Part shown: positions 26,916 to 37,300 of the stretch, one piece after another
Numbering within the stretch: position 1 is the stretch's first letter
Layout of the letters: each line of letters opens with the position of its first letter
Assembly (NCBI GenBank): GCA_036337435.1
Contig: JAYZEG010000020.1
Location: forward strand, 23,491 to 87,490
Reading direction: 5' to 3'
Source: Myxococcota bacterium
GTDB taxonomy: Bacteria; Myxococcota_A; Bradymonadia; UBA7976; UBA1532
Length of the DNA stretch: 64,000 bases
The notes under the pieces: model-generated
The model's input: only the letters and a program-made list of their open reading frames with translations
What the model was told of the DNA's origin: nothing
Database searches by the model: none
Translations under genes and position numbers: made by a program

Positions 26916-28565
26916 TCAAATGTCCGATGGCTCGTAAGAGCCGCCGTCGAATGACAGCACGTTGTAGACGTTGACATCGTGTGATTTTCCTTTGAACTTC
27001 ACGGCGTCAAAAGACTCGTATTTGACCCGCTCCCCCAGGGCAGACGTCACCGGATCCGAGACCAGTATTTGCCCCGCTTGAGCATGATGGCATAGTCTCG
27101 ATGCCGTATTGACCGTATCACCGATGACCGTGTACGAGAGGGTCTTCGTCGAACCCATGTAGCCAGCGACCATTTCCCCTGTATTGATGGCGGTTCTTGC
27201 AACAACCGGGTTGGCACCGTTCGCTACCCGAAAGCGATTCCAGTCGTCTAAGCTGCGGCGCATTTCTAGCGCGGCGCGCACGGCGCGTTCGATGTGGTCA
27301 GTCTGTTCCACAGGTGCCCCCCAGACAGCCATCAATTCATCGCCTATAAACTTATCAAGCGTCCCTTCGTGGCGAAACACAATGTCCACCATGATCTCGA
27401 AGAATTCGTTCAACAGTGAGATCGTCTCTTCCGGTCCGATGGTCTCGCTCATCGATGTAAAGCCCCGGATATCGGTAAAGAGAACGGTTGCGTTGCGAAT
27501 GCGACCTCCTTTATCCATGCTCACACCGCCGCTCACGACCTGTTCTACCAGGTTGGGCGATAGTAACCTCGACAAACTACTGCGTGCGACGGCCTCTTCT
27601 TCTGCGCGTCGGGCTAGACTTACGTTCTCAATTCGCATGGCAGCTTCGTTTGCGAACACGGTCAGAATTTGAAGATCTTTCTCCGTAAAAACGCCCGTCG
27701 CGATGCGGGTATCCAGATGGATCATGCCCAGAAGATCACTGCCTGCCATAAGTGGGACACACATGGTGCTCCGAATTCCCTGCATGATGATACTGTGGGA
27801 CCCGCCAAAGCGGCTGTCCATTGTTGCATCACTCGATAGCACCGCATGATGCTGTTCCAAAACCTCGTTGAGAATGGTGCTTGACAGTTGCATCTGTTCA
27901 TCATTACCGCGGCGATTTTTGTAGGCACGAGGCTCTGGTACGCCATCTTGATTGAGGAGAAGAATCACTCCTCTGTCGGCACTGGAAAACTCCAATGCTT
28001 TGTCTAGAATTCGATTGAGCACCGTATCCAGGTCAATGTCTGCACCAATCGCTTGGTTGACCTCGAATACAACCCGCAGCTTTTCGTAGTCGGTTCGTAG
28101 TGTATGCTCGTCTAAGATGTCTGCTTCGGGTAAAAATTCTTTCTGCTGAGCTTCGCGCGCCTGGAGTCGAGAGCGGATTGCCGTCTCAGACGCCACCGCA
28201 TGAATCGTGACGTTACCTGAGAGGCGCTGATTGGTCTCAGTGTCTTCGGTCAAAAATACGATTCGGCTGCCGCCCATGGTCACAGTATCATTGTCCGCCA
28301 GCCGTGTTCGGCCTCGGATCTGATTCCCATTAATGAAGGTTCCATTCCGACTACCGATATCTTGCACCCAATACGCATCATCGGCGAACGTGATCAGCGC
28401 ATGCTCTTTGCTAACGACCCTGTCGAGGATCTGAATGGTCTGTTCTGGGTGCCGTCCCAATGTATTGATCGCTCTCAAGCGATGCTCTCGCTGAGCACCG
28501 TCCGGCGTTGTCACTAATAATCGAGCCAATGGAGTCTCTCCCAGTTTCGGACTGGATGATAGCAA
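26916..28565 (-). CDS. FHA-GAF-class III adenylate cyclase (start possibly TTG near 28529)
   Basis: FHA (LGRH..VSKEHA..DIGSRNGTFING), GAF (IRSTMCVPL, FTEKDLQIL), cyclase (FTDIRGFT, DKFIGDE, YTVIGDTVNTASR); Lys/Thr specifiers suggest ATP. Confidence 0.93.
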   Translation of the reverse strand: MLSSSPKLGETPLARLLVTTPDGAQREHRLRAINTLGRHPEQTIQILDRVVSKEHALITFADDAYWVQDIGSRNGTFINGNQIRGRTRLADNDTVTMGGSRIVFLTEDTETNQRLSGNVTIHAVASETAIRSRLQAREAQQKEFLPEADILDEHTLRTDYEKLRVVFEVNQAIGADIDLDTVLNRILDKALEFSSADRGVILLLNQDGVPEPRAYKNRRGNDEQMQLSSTILNEVLEQHHAVLSSDATMDSRFGGSHSIIMQGIRSTMCVPLMAGSDLLGMIHLDTRIATGVFTEKDLQILTVFANEAAMRIENVSLARRAEEEAVARSSLSRLLSPNLVEQVVSGGVSMDKGGRIRNATVLFTDIRGFTSMSETIGPEETISLLNEFFEIMVDIVFRHEGTLDKFIGDELMAVWGAPVEQTDHIERAVRAALEMRRSLDDWNRFRVANGANPVVARTAINTGEMVAGYMGSTKTLSYTVIGDTVNTASRLCHHAQAGQILVSDPVTSALGERVKYESFDAVKFKGKSHDVNVYNVLSFDGGSYEPSDI

Positions 28566-28650
28566 ACATTGAGGCTAAAAAGACCACAAATTGTCAAACG
28601 GTAGCCAGCCGGCCATGAGATCGGGGATTCTGTTTGAGTTAAGCACTCCC

Positions 28651-29373
28651 TCACAGGCGAGATATTCTGCAAGAGATCCGAGCCCAAATCGGAAAGTGGT
28701 CACTTGTTTTTATGTCCCTGAGAACCCGACAACTTTCTCCGGTCCAATGTCCTTTGGATAGAAGGATGTAGTCGATTTGGCGGTGTGGCTCTTTGACACT
28801 AAAGGTCTCGGCTGGCCCGCTTCCAAAGCCGTTGAAAGCATCCGAGCAGGTGTCCATGAGTGCGCTGTATTCGACTGACTCTGGGCGAGCGTTTAAGTCC
28901 CCCAACAACAGGGCTGGTCCGGACACTGTTCCCATGATCGAGCTCAGTGCCTTAGCTTGCTCTCGGCGTTCTGCTTCCTTGATACTTAGGTGTGACGTGA
29001 CCAGTGTAATCGGTGTTTTGGTCTTCATTTTTGCGATCAAACAGACGCGCTGTTCATCTTGATCTTTATGAAGGCACCGCCGTGTGATGACCTCGTGCTC
29101 CGAACGGGTTAACAAGGCGATGCCATAACGGCCGCCGTCGCTGTCCCTGAGTGCACCGCAAAAGGTGCCGTTCATATTCAGCCGTCGCGCCAAATAGTCG
29201 GTTTGGTCTACGCGTTCGCCCATATTCCAATGATTTCCAACTTCCTGCAGTGCCAAGACATCGGGCACACCGTGGTCGATTATGGCGTGAGCAATGGCGT
29301 CCAGACTGCTGTCCAGACCCAATCGAATATTGTACGACATAACGTCTAATTGCATGGGTTTACGAGTCTCCAT
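28651..29373 (-). CDS. Endonuclease/exonuclease/phosphatase (EEP) family protein
   Basis: MSYNI, DVLALQEV, SHL, GDLNA, IDYI, SDHFP. Confidence 0.92.
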   Translation of the reverse strand: METRKPMQLDVMSYNIRLGLDSSLDAIAHAIIDHGVPDVLALQEVGNHWNMGERVDQTDYLARRLNMNGTFCGALRDSDGGRYGIALLTRSEHEVITRRCLHKDQDEQRVCLIAKMKTKTPITLVTSHLSIKEAERREQAKALSSIMGTVSGPALLLGDLNARPESVEYSALMDTCSDAFNGFGSGPAETFSVKEPHRQIDYILLSKGHWTGESCRVLRDIKTSDHFPIWARISCRISRL

Positions 29374-30883
29374 TCTGATCGCTGATCCGTGTTGGGAATG
29401 ACAGTCGAAAGGTAGTCCCTTGACCCGGACTCGACTCGACTCTAATCACTCCGTCGTGAGCATCGACGATTTGCTTTACCATCGATAATCCCAAACCCGT
29501 TCCTTGCGGCTTTGTACTGTAAAACGGTTCAAAGAGGCGTTCCTGAGTGTCGACTTGAATTCCACCACCGGTATCGGTCACTTCCACATAGACGACGTCG
29601 CCTACTCGGCGGATGCGCAGGACGATATGTCCGCCACTGGTCATCGCTTCCTTGGCATTTCTGATTAAATTAATCAGCGCAGCCCGCACTTGGTTTGGGT
29701 CGACTTCAACGGCTTTGGGGACCGGATCCGGGTCCAATCTCATTTTGACATCAGCTTGTTCCATCTCCGAGCGAAAAAAATCAATCAGCTCCGCGGCGGT
29801 GTGGTTTAGGTCGACGAGAGATTTTTCGGGCATTGGTAAGCGGGCAAAACGGAGGTATTCTTCTGTAATTTCTTTGAGGCGATCGACCTCGCGCGTGATG
29901 CTCATCAAGAGTTCGCGGGCATTGTCGACAGAGCGTGTCTGTTCACTGGCAGCAAGCTCTTCCATCATAAGCTCGGAGTTAAGCCCGATGCTGCTCAAGG
30001 GATTTCGAAGCTCATGGGTAATCTGAGCCGACATGCGTCCCACCGTTGCCAATTGTTCTCGTTGGAGAAGGGTTTTCTGTTGTTCATTCAGTTTTTCATC
30101 GCGACGTCGTATGGCTTCCGCCATGCGGTTGAACTCGGTGGCTAACAAACCCAATTCATCATTTGCCTTCGTGAGAACAGGTGTATCGTATCGACCGTCG
30201 GCCACCCGTTCGACACCCTCCCGCAATGCTCTAAGTGGTTTCAACAGTCGGGTTGCCAAAAATGTGATGAGTAAGCCGAGCAAGGTGGCAACAGTTGCGA
30301 GAAAAATTGCCCCCCAGGCAAGCTGATCTTCGTCTTGCTCAAAGACGTCTATTGTTCGACCTAAGGCGCGATTTGTTTCAAGTCCAAAGAATTCAACTTG
30401 CCGAGCGACCTTGGCGATAGAGCGCCGTGTGGGGCGACGGAAGACTGTGATGTCATCACCCTCTTCGAGTGCTTTAAAGAAGGTGCTGAGTTGGGCATTC
30501 ATCGCTCGATATTCAGTCTCCAAAAGCTGGAAATGGGCGAGCAGTGCGTCTGCTTCCGGAGAGCCGTCTCGGCGCTCAAGCCGAGCTCGCATCTTGTCGA
30601 GTCTTTGGGCGAGGCGTGTTGGTGTCTGATCGACCTTCTGCAATTGGTCTACCGCTCGCAATAAACTATTACGCTCGTTGAGGCCAGCCACCAAGGACAG
30701 GCGTCTGAGGTCAGATTTGACCTCGGCAACCATCGACGGGAGAGGGACGAGGCTCGTGTGTAACCGAGTCAATGTTGTTCCCAGTTCTCTGATGCCCCAT
30801 GCGGTGTAGACCATGACCCCACCGAATGTGAGCATCAGGGCCACGAAACCTGCGAAAATTTTTCCCGGTAATGATATACGCAC
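29360..30883 (-). CDS. Membrane HAMP sensor histidine kinase
   Basis: Two TMs, HAMP (DELGLLATEFNRM), H-box HELRNPL, NLIRNA, DTGGGI, FEPFYSTK..GTGLGL. Confidence 0.95.
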   Translation of the reverse strand: MRISLPGKIFAGFVALMLTFGGVMVYTAWGIRELGTTLTRLHTSLVPLPSMVAEVKSDLRRLSLVAGLNERNSLLRAVDQLQKVDQTPTRLAQRLDKMRARLERRDGSPEADALLAHFQLLETEYRAMNAQLSTFFKALEEGDDITVFRRPTRRSIAKVARQVEFFGLETNRALGRTIDVFEQDEDQLAWGAIFLATVATLLGLLITFLATRLLKPLRALREGVERVADGRYDTPVLTKANDELGLLATEFNRMAEAIRRRDEKLNEQQKTLLQREQLATVGRMSAQITHELRNPLSSIGLNSELMMEELAASEQTRSVDNARELLMSITREVDRLKEITEEYLRFARLPMPEKSLVDLNHTAAELIDFFRSEMEQADVKMRLDPDPVPKAVEVDPNQVRAALINLIRNAKEAMTSGGHIVLRIRRVGDVVYVEVTDTGGGIQVDTQERLFEPFYSTKPQGTGLGLSMVKQIVDAHDGVIRVESSPGQGTTFRLSFPTRISDQNGDS

Positions 30884-31001
30884 TATAAGCCTTATCTATC
30901 AGGTCGTTGACGTGGGAGCAGTCGTTGTGATACCCGCTTGCGTCGTCATAGGACGTTATAATACATCGGTCAAGGAACCATCGGTGTTTGAAAAGGTAAA
31001 A

Positions 31002-32591
31002 ATGAAACGGATAATTGTCCTTGGAATGTCTGGCTTGGTGATGATGACATGGAGCCTAATTGACACTCAAACTGCCCATGCCGAAGCACTGAAGCCGCGA
31101 GTCTGGATCGCGCCCATTCAAGCCCGTCAAGGTGTGGCAGGTGCGGGCTTATTGGCTGAGAAATTTGACGAGGTCGCTCGCGGTCAGTTGAAACGTAGTC
31201 AGAAGATCGAAACTGCAGACAAGGCTGGCATGGGTCCAGTCAAAGCGGGAGAGTCTGATCCTCGCATTGAAAAAGCCGAGCGTCTGCGTGTTGCGAGTAA
31301 GCAGGATTACTCGTCGGGTAACAAGAAACGGGCTTTCAAACAGCTGAAAGCGGCACTGGAGCTGTACGAAGCAGGGCTTGCGTCTATCGCAAAGCTGGAA
31401 GTCGTCTTGGAAACATTGGGCTATCTCGGTGCGTCCGCATTTGACCTCGGCTATGAAGGCGATGCCCGTGACTATTTTCGTCGCGTCGTGACCATGGCAC
31501 CCGATGCAGAGCCATTGGATGAATACAGCGATGGGTCGAAAGCATTCTTCGCAAAGACCCGCAAAAAGCTTTTAAAAAAGAAGACCGGCAATATCTATAT
31601 CCAGTCGGTCCCCAGAGGAGCCACAGTCCGTTTGAATGGTGTTGAGAAAGGCAAGACGCCCCTTCGTTTGAACAAACTTGTCCGAGGCTTTCACTGCATT
31701 CAACTCGCACACCCAGATGCTGGGTTGGCCGGGGCCGTGATCAAAGTTAAGAGCAAGAAAACAACCCGGACGAAGCTCACGCTCTCGAAGGATGTTGGAC
31801 CGAAGCAGCCCGGCAAAGCCTCCGAGGGAGACGTCGCGGTTTTGTTGAAGTCGGTTGCCGACAATCGCTTGGATCGAGATTTCCGAAATAAGGCCAAGGA
31901 GATCGGTGAGTTGACTCAGGCACGTTACGTTGTCGTCGGCGTGATTGACGCTGAGGGTAACGGCTTTGTGATGAATTCCTTTGTATATGGACTGCGGGAG
32001 AAACAGGTTGTGGCCTTGGACCGATTCAAGTTTAAAGCGGACATTGCCAGCACCATGATTAAGGCGGCTCAGTTTGCTCGAGAGGTTGAAAAAACCGCGT
32101 TGGCTTTTCCCGAGGACAAGGTTTTGTCCGGTCGCGTCTTCGTCGTCCGTGCTGAGCCCCCTGCGCCGCCACCTGTCCCAGCGTCGAAGCCAGCACCAGC
32201 ACCGATCCCTGTGCCGATCGTTCCGCCGAAAAAGCCCGGCATAGATGGTCCGAGGGTGGTCTCTCCGACCCGTCCAACCGTTGAACCAAAGCCGTCAAAA
32301 CCCGTCGTTCAACCAAAGGTGACTAAACCCGCCGTCGAGCAAAAACCCAAAGTGGAACCCGTCCCTCCGGTCGTAGGGCCTGCGCCTCCCGTCGTCGCGC
32401 CAGTGCCCGACCTTGTCCGGGAAACGCCCTTTCCTGTAACGACCTATACCAGTCGGCCGAAGTGGTACCGTTCATGGTGGTTTTGGACTGTCACCGGTGC
32501 TGTTGTCACCGCTGGGTCCATCGGTGGATACTTCTTATTGAAAGAAGACGAGCAAAGCGGTCGTTTCGAGGTGGATGTGAGGTGGAGATGA
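31002..32591 (+). CDS. Exported TPR-like/PEGA-domain protein with Pro-rich linker and C-terminal WY..WWFW hydrophobic segment
   Basis: ATG 31002 gives a signal peptide (AHA|E); PEGA IQSVPRGATVRLNGVEKGKTPL; KWYRSWWFWTVTGAVV. Confidence 0.85.
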   Translation: MKRIIVLGMSGLVMMTWSLIDTQTAHAEALKPRVWIAPIQARQGVAGAGLLAEKFDEVARGQLKRSQKIETADKAGMGPVKAGESDPRIEKAERLRVASKQDYSSGNKKRAFKQLKAALELYEAGLASIAKLEVVLETLGYLGASAFDLGYEGDARDYFRRVVTMAPDAEPLDEYSDGSKAFFAKTRKKLLKKKTGNIYIQSVPRGATVRLNGVEKGKTPLRLNKLVRGFHCIQLAHPDAGLAGAVIKVKSKKTTRTKLTLSKDVGPKQPGKASEGDVAVLLKSVADNRLDRDFRNKAKEIGELTQARYVVVGVIDAEGNGFVMNSFVYGLREKQVVALDRFKFKADIASTMIKAAQFAREVEKTALAFPEDKVLSGRVFVVRAEPPAPPPVPASKPAPAPIPVPIVPPKKPGIDGPRVVSPTRPTVEPKPSKPVVQPKVTKPAVEQKPKVEPVPPVVGPAPPVVAPVPDLVRETPFPVTTYTSRPKWYRSWWFWTVTGAVVTAGSIGGYFLLKEDEQSGRFEVDVRWR

Positions 32592-34204
32592 TGAATCGAT
32601 ATATTGCCACATGCCTTTTTTGTTTTTTAGCAGCGTGCGGAGAGGCAGACAAAACAACGCTCAGTCTCAATGTCTACCCGGCCGAGGGGACAATGCATGA
32701 TTCGATCTTGATCGATAACAGTGCGTCGTTCATGGAGGTTGTCCTGTCGGGCGGTGAGCGGCCTTTTGTAGAACAATTTCCCATGACTGGAAGTGGGGGT
32801 AAGCTCTCTGAACTCCCCGTTGGTTCAGGTTACAAGCTGACCGCTCGAGGCTATCAGGTGAGTCCTGATGGCACGACATCCCTGGTTTTCTATGGTGGAA
32901 CGGCCCAATTTGATGTGGTTGATGGTCAGCCGCTCTCAATGTCCGTTCAGGTCGGCCGATCGGACTGCGTTGGCTACAATCGCCCCTCTATTTATCGTTC
33001 GGCGGACGGCAAAGCAGACCTGATCGACAAGCGAGTCGGATTTGGCGTCAGTAAGCTCGCCGATGGACGGCTATTAATTACGGGTGGTGCTGACCTAGAT
33101 CCGTCTGGAGCCATTTTAAGCGTTCACGATTCGGTGGAGATTTATGACCCAACCCAGGGCCAATTCATTGCCTTTTTGGATGGTAACGACCAGCCGGTTA
33201 GGCTGTCTGAACCCAGGGCCTTCCACTCATCGACCGTCTTGCCCAATGGCACCGTCTTGATCGCCGGTGGCCAGTCGACCCCAGCGGGTGGGCTCGCAAC
33301 TGGTGTAACCATTTTCAACCCAGCCGGGCCCGTTTTCGAAGCGCCGATTAATGCGGCCGGATTCTTGCCGCGGAAACGTCACCAAGCTCAGAGACTAAAC
33401 GATGGGTCCGTTTTGATCGTGGGTGGTGAAGATGTCAATGGCCAGGCGTTGACAAGCAGCTTTCGCTACTTTCCTACAGACCAATCGTTTCGGGCACAAG
33501 GCGATATGGCGCAAGCCCGACGCGGCCACTCGCTGAATGCGATTGAGCGCGGGGCTGAGTTGGCCATCGCGGCCGGTGGTATCAATGACACCGGTCTGCT
33601 GAGAAGCGTCGAAGTATTCACCACGAACCCTGCACAATCTGGTTGTGTAGGTAACGCGGTTCCGGCACCGAATTTTGGGTGCTGGATCTCGCTGGGCACG
33701 ACCCTTGAGTTGCCCGCACCGGTATGGGGACATTCATCTGTCTCAATCAACGGTGGTGCGGAAGTTGTCATCGTTGGTGGTTTTACCTCGAGCGACCGAA
33801 GTCAAGCGTCCAACCAGGTCACCGTCATCTCGTCCGCTCTGAACGGGGCAAGAGAGGCAGGCGTGCTGACCCTCGGTGGGGGAGACTTAGCCGTTGCGGA
33901 AGGAACTGACGGCAGTTCTCCCTTCATCCTCGTTGCAGGCGGTCGGGTCGGTGATGCGCCGCAACAGCGATATGTCCGCTTGGTGCGTACGGACATAAAT
34001 GGAGTGGTGCAATACACTCAAGAGGATCTGACACAGGGTTGCATTCAGCAGGGATTCCCCGAAGCTCGATGGGCTGCTCGTGCGATCCGACTGGACAATG
34101 ACACGATCGTCGTTTTAGGCGGGACCAATCGCAGTGTGCGCGGCTATTCTTCGACTCGGCGGGCCGAAGTTTATTTTCCTGAACACATTCCATCCTCGTT
34201 CTGA
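32588..34204 (+). CDS. Kelch-repeat beta-propeller lipoprotein
   Basis: ATGA overlap with the PEGA gene; lipobox LAA|C; repeats such as RAFHSSTVLPNGTVLIAGG, RHQAQRLNDGSVLIVGG. Confidence 0.88.
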   Translation: MMNRYIATCLFCFLAACGEADKTTLSLNVYPAEGTMHDSILIDNSASFMEVVLSGGERPFVEQFPMTGSGGKLSELPVGSGYKLTARGYQVSPDGTTSLVFYGGTAQFDVVDGQPLSMSVQVGRSDCVGYNRPSIYRSADGKADLIDKRVGFGVSKLADGRLLITGGADLDPSGAILSVHDSVEIYDPTQGQFIAFLDGNDQPVRLSEPRAFHSSTVLPNGTVLIAGGQSTPAGGLATGVTIFNPAGPVFEAPINAAGFLPRKRHQAQRLNDGSVLIVGGEDVNGQALTSSFRYFPTDQSFRAQGDMAQARRGHSLNAIERGAELAIAAGGINDTGLLRSVEVFTTNPAQSGCVGNAVPAPNFGCWISLGTTLELPAPVWGHSSVSINGGAEVVIVGGFTSSDRSQASNQVTVISSALNGAREAGVLTLGGGDLAVAEGTDGSSPFILVAGGRVGDAPQQRYVRLVRTDINGVVQYTQEDLTQGCIQQGFPEARWAARAIRLDNDTIVVLGGTNRSVRGYSSTRRAEVYFPEHIPSSF

Positions 34205-34373
34205 TGGCAAGGCGGCTGTAGGGCCGATGCCGCCATTTACGAAATTCTTGCACTGGCATCAGACTCGACAGCATGCGTCTGAGTGTTAATGGCTTTTTGA
34301 TCGCAGGGAAATCGCTTCTGTTCACAAAACGATCAATACTGACGTCAGCAAGTGCAATCATAACGGATAGATC

Positions 34374-37300
34374 GTGGTAACGAACGCGTCATCAGTGCGC
34401 CTCGGTTTTGCCCTCTGGATTTGTTTAGGGACGGTCTTTGGTCCTTCTTCAAGTTTGGGGCGTGTCGGTGGTGAACCCCATGCTTTGTATGCCCAGCATC
34501 GCCTATTTGGCGGTGTTGTGGTTACTGGGAACACGTTGATGACCCAGTCTGTCGTCGCACCTCAGGTCAACAGTGTTTTATTGCCCCAGTCCGCGGGTGA
34601 TGTACGTGACTTGCCCTTTGATGCAGAACTGGAAGCAGCCTATTTATTTTGGAGTGGTAGCATCGACGGAGGCATCGATCGAACCGCTGATTTAACGGCG
34701 GCCGATGGGACACGCTTTAACAATATTCCTGCGGATCGTTGCGTGACGGTGGCGACTCTAGGCGGATTTTATTACTGCCGAGCTGACGTCAGTGATCGGC
34801 TCCGAGGCAGGCCGGGCCCTTCCCAGTTCAACGGCACCTACGTCGTTGGTGATGTCCAAGCATCGGTCGGTCAACTGCGGCCCAACGGCACGTGCATCGA
34901 CCGCTTCTGTCAAGCCAAGTACGCCGCTTGGAGTCTTGTCCTTGTCTACCGCTCTGAAGCGGCAAGAACACTTCGGGATGTCTTCATTCATGATGGCTTC
35001 CGGTCTCTAGACGAAGATGAACAGAGCCCGGGTGTTGACCGCTTTTCTATTCGGGGCTTTGATTTCCCCGAAGGTGGGCAGGCCGTGCTTTCTTTCTTCG
35101 GGCTCGAAGGTGATTCTTTCCTCGGTGTTCCACCTCAGGATACCGATCCTGTAATTCCTTGCGATACGTGTTTTGATTATTTGTCCTTCGGTGGTCGTAA
35201 ACTGAATGATGCACTCAACCCCGCGAACAACCTTTTCAACAGCAGTTCACCAGGCGGATTCACGCTCGGGCTCGATCTAGACAGTTTCAACGTTTCGAAC
35301 CTGCTCGCAATCGGTCAGACGCAGGCAGAGATCGAAGTGGGATCGGGCGATGGGTTTGTCGATCCGTTTGATCCGGAGCCAACGGGAGGAGGGGAGTCCT
35401 TTTTTCTTGGCTATGTGTTGCTCAGCGTTGACCGAAACTCACCAAATTTTAGTCGAGACGGGACCAGGTTGACCGTCGTTCCCGATGAGGGTGCTCCGAA
35501 CGAGCGTGTTGTTTTTACGCTGCGCGTGACCAATGAGGGCACCCGAGATGCTCCGAACACGGTGGTCACCTTGCCACTACCAGCTGGGCTTACCTATTTG
35601 CCCGGCAGTTTACGTGTTGATGGGGCTGACCCGATTCCCGGTGCCGAGGTAGCGAATCCGCTGGCGGCAGGCTTTAATTTGGGCTTGCTGCCATTTCGAG
35701 GTGATTCAGACAGATTAATCACTTTTCGAGCAACCGTCGACCCTGACGCGCGGGCCGGAGAGAGAATCATTACGCAGGGCCAGGTGAGTGCTGACACGCT
35801 CGAGTTGGCTGTCAATACAAATGAAGCCGTGCTCACGGTACTCGGGGCCTTGGAGCTGGATACAGCGACAAAATCTGTGCTCGATGGAAACGGAGACGGC
35901 CTATTTACGCCAGGTGAGGTGGCCACGTATACAATTCGAATTCAAAATCCACATGCTCGCGCGGTCAGCGGTGTCATCTTCAGCGACTCGTTGCCCAACT
36001 ACGTTGATGCGTTGCAAGTTGTGGCGTCTTCAGGTGATGCACGTCATAACTTCGCCGAGGGCGAAATTGAATTCTCCAATATGGTGGTACAGCCAGGCAA
36101 TGAGGGCGCGACGATCAGCATTATCGTTCGCATTCATGATGAAGAACAGCTTGTTGCAGAGGGCGTTGCTGTCGGTGAAATCAATGGCTTAGCGGTTGAC
36201 AACCAAGGCACAGTGAGAAGCGGCGCAAGCGTTTTTTCAACCCGTGATCCCAACCCGACCGCGGGGGCTCCCGATGGTGTCACTCGATTCGAGTTAACGT
36301 CTGAGCTGAATATTGCCGGTGCCGGGACGAGCAAAACCGGGACTGACGTCAATGGTGGCGGCCTTGTTCCTGGAGATGTGATCGAATACACGGTGACCAT
36401 TGAGAACAGTGGCACCACCTTGGCTCGGACTTTCGTCGACGATGTGCTGCCGGATAATCTTGGTGCCTGTACCCTAATCTCGGACCTGCCAGACATTGCA
36501 TGTGACAATAACAATCGCCTGCGCGGATTTGTCAATGTCGACCGTGGTGAGCGTGTTCAAGTTCGGTTTCGAGCGAGAGTAAATGATGATGCACCCGATG
36601 GTGCGGAAATCGTCAATCGAGTTGTTCTGACGGCGGGTAATCAGCGCGTCGAACGTTCGAGTGAGATGCTGCGTGTCTCCTCGGCTGCGGAGTTATCCAC
36701 GTTCACCAAGCGGGCCCTTGGGCCCATCGATGGGTTCGCGGTGCCCGGGCAGCGCTATGACTACCAGATCTCGGTTACCAATACGGGCAATCAACCTGCC
36801 CAAAATATCGTCATTTCCGATCCGCTCGGTGTTCGTTTTGCGAGCGTTTCTCCGGCTGATGGCGGGCGTTACGATCCGGTCGCGAATGTTGTCTCTTGGA
36901 CCATTGGCGTTCTTCCGCCGGGAGACACTGCGACTGTTAGTCTGGGTGTACAACTCAGTGATGCAATCGCGAACGGAACTGAAATTTTGAATCAGGCGCA
37001 AATCAATTTTGACGGTGAACGCATCTTATCAGACGACCCAAGCACCGATGTGCCCGATGATGCGACGCGGGTCATCGTTCGGTCACAGCCATTACTCACG
37101 GTCACCAAGCGTGCGTCCCTGGTCATCGCGCAACCGAGAGACACCATCGTTTACGATATTGTGATTACCAATGACGGTACGGATGCAGCAGTCGGCGTCC
37201 AAGTCAGTGATCAGTTTCCTGCCAATTTGTTCAGAAGCGTTGTTGCTGTCAATGGGACGAATGAGGGCGGCCTGATGAGGTGGACCCCAGAGGATGTACC

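Noticed and set aside
30813..31001. ORF-track N-terminal extensions (also 6019, 18576, 25250, 32462, 63189)
   Set aside because: Most overlap neighbouring genes; downstream starts give better SD sites, signal peptides or stop/start coupling.
34211..34240. GGCGGC/GCCGCC hairpin as intrinsic terminator of the Kelch gene
   Set aside because: 12-nt loop and only a short ATTT tail; too weak to call.
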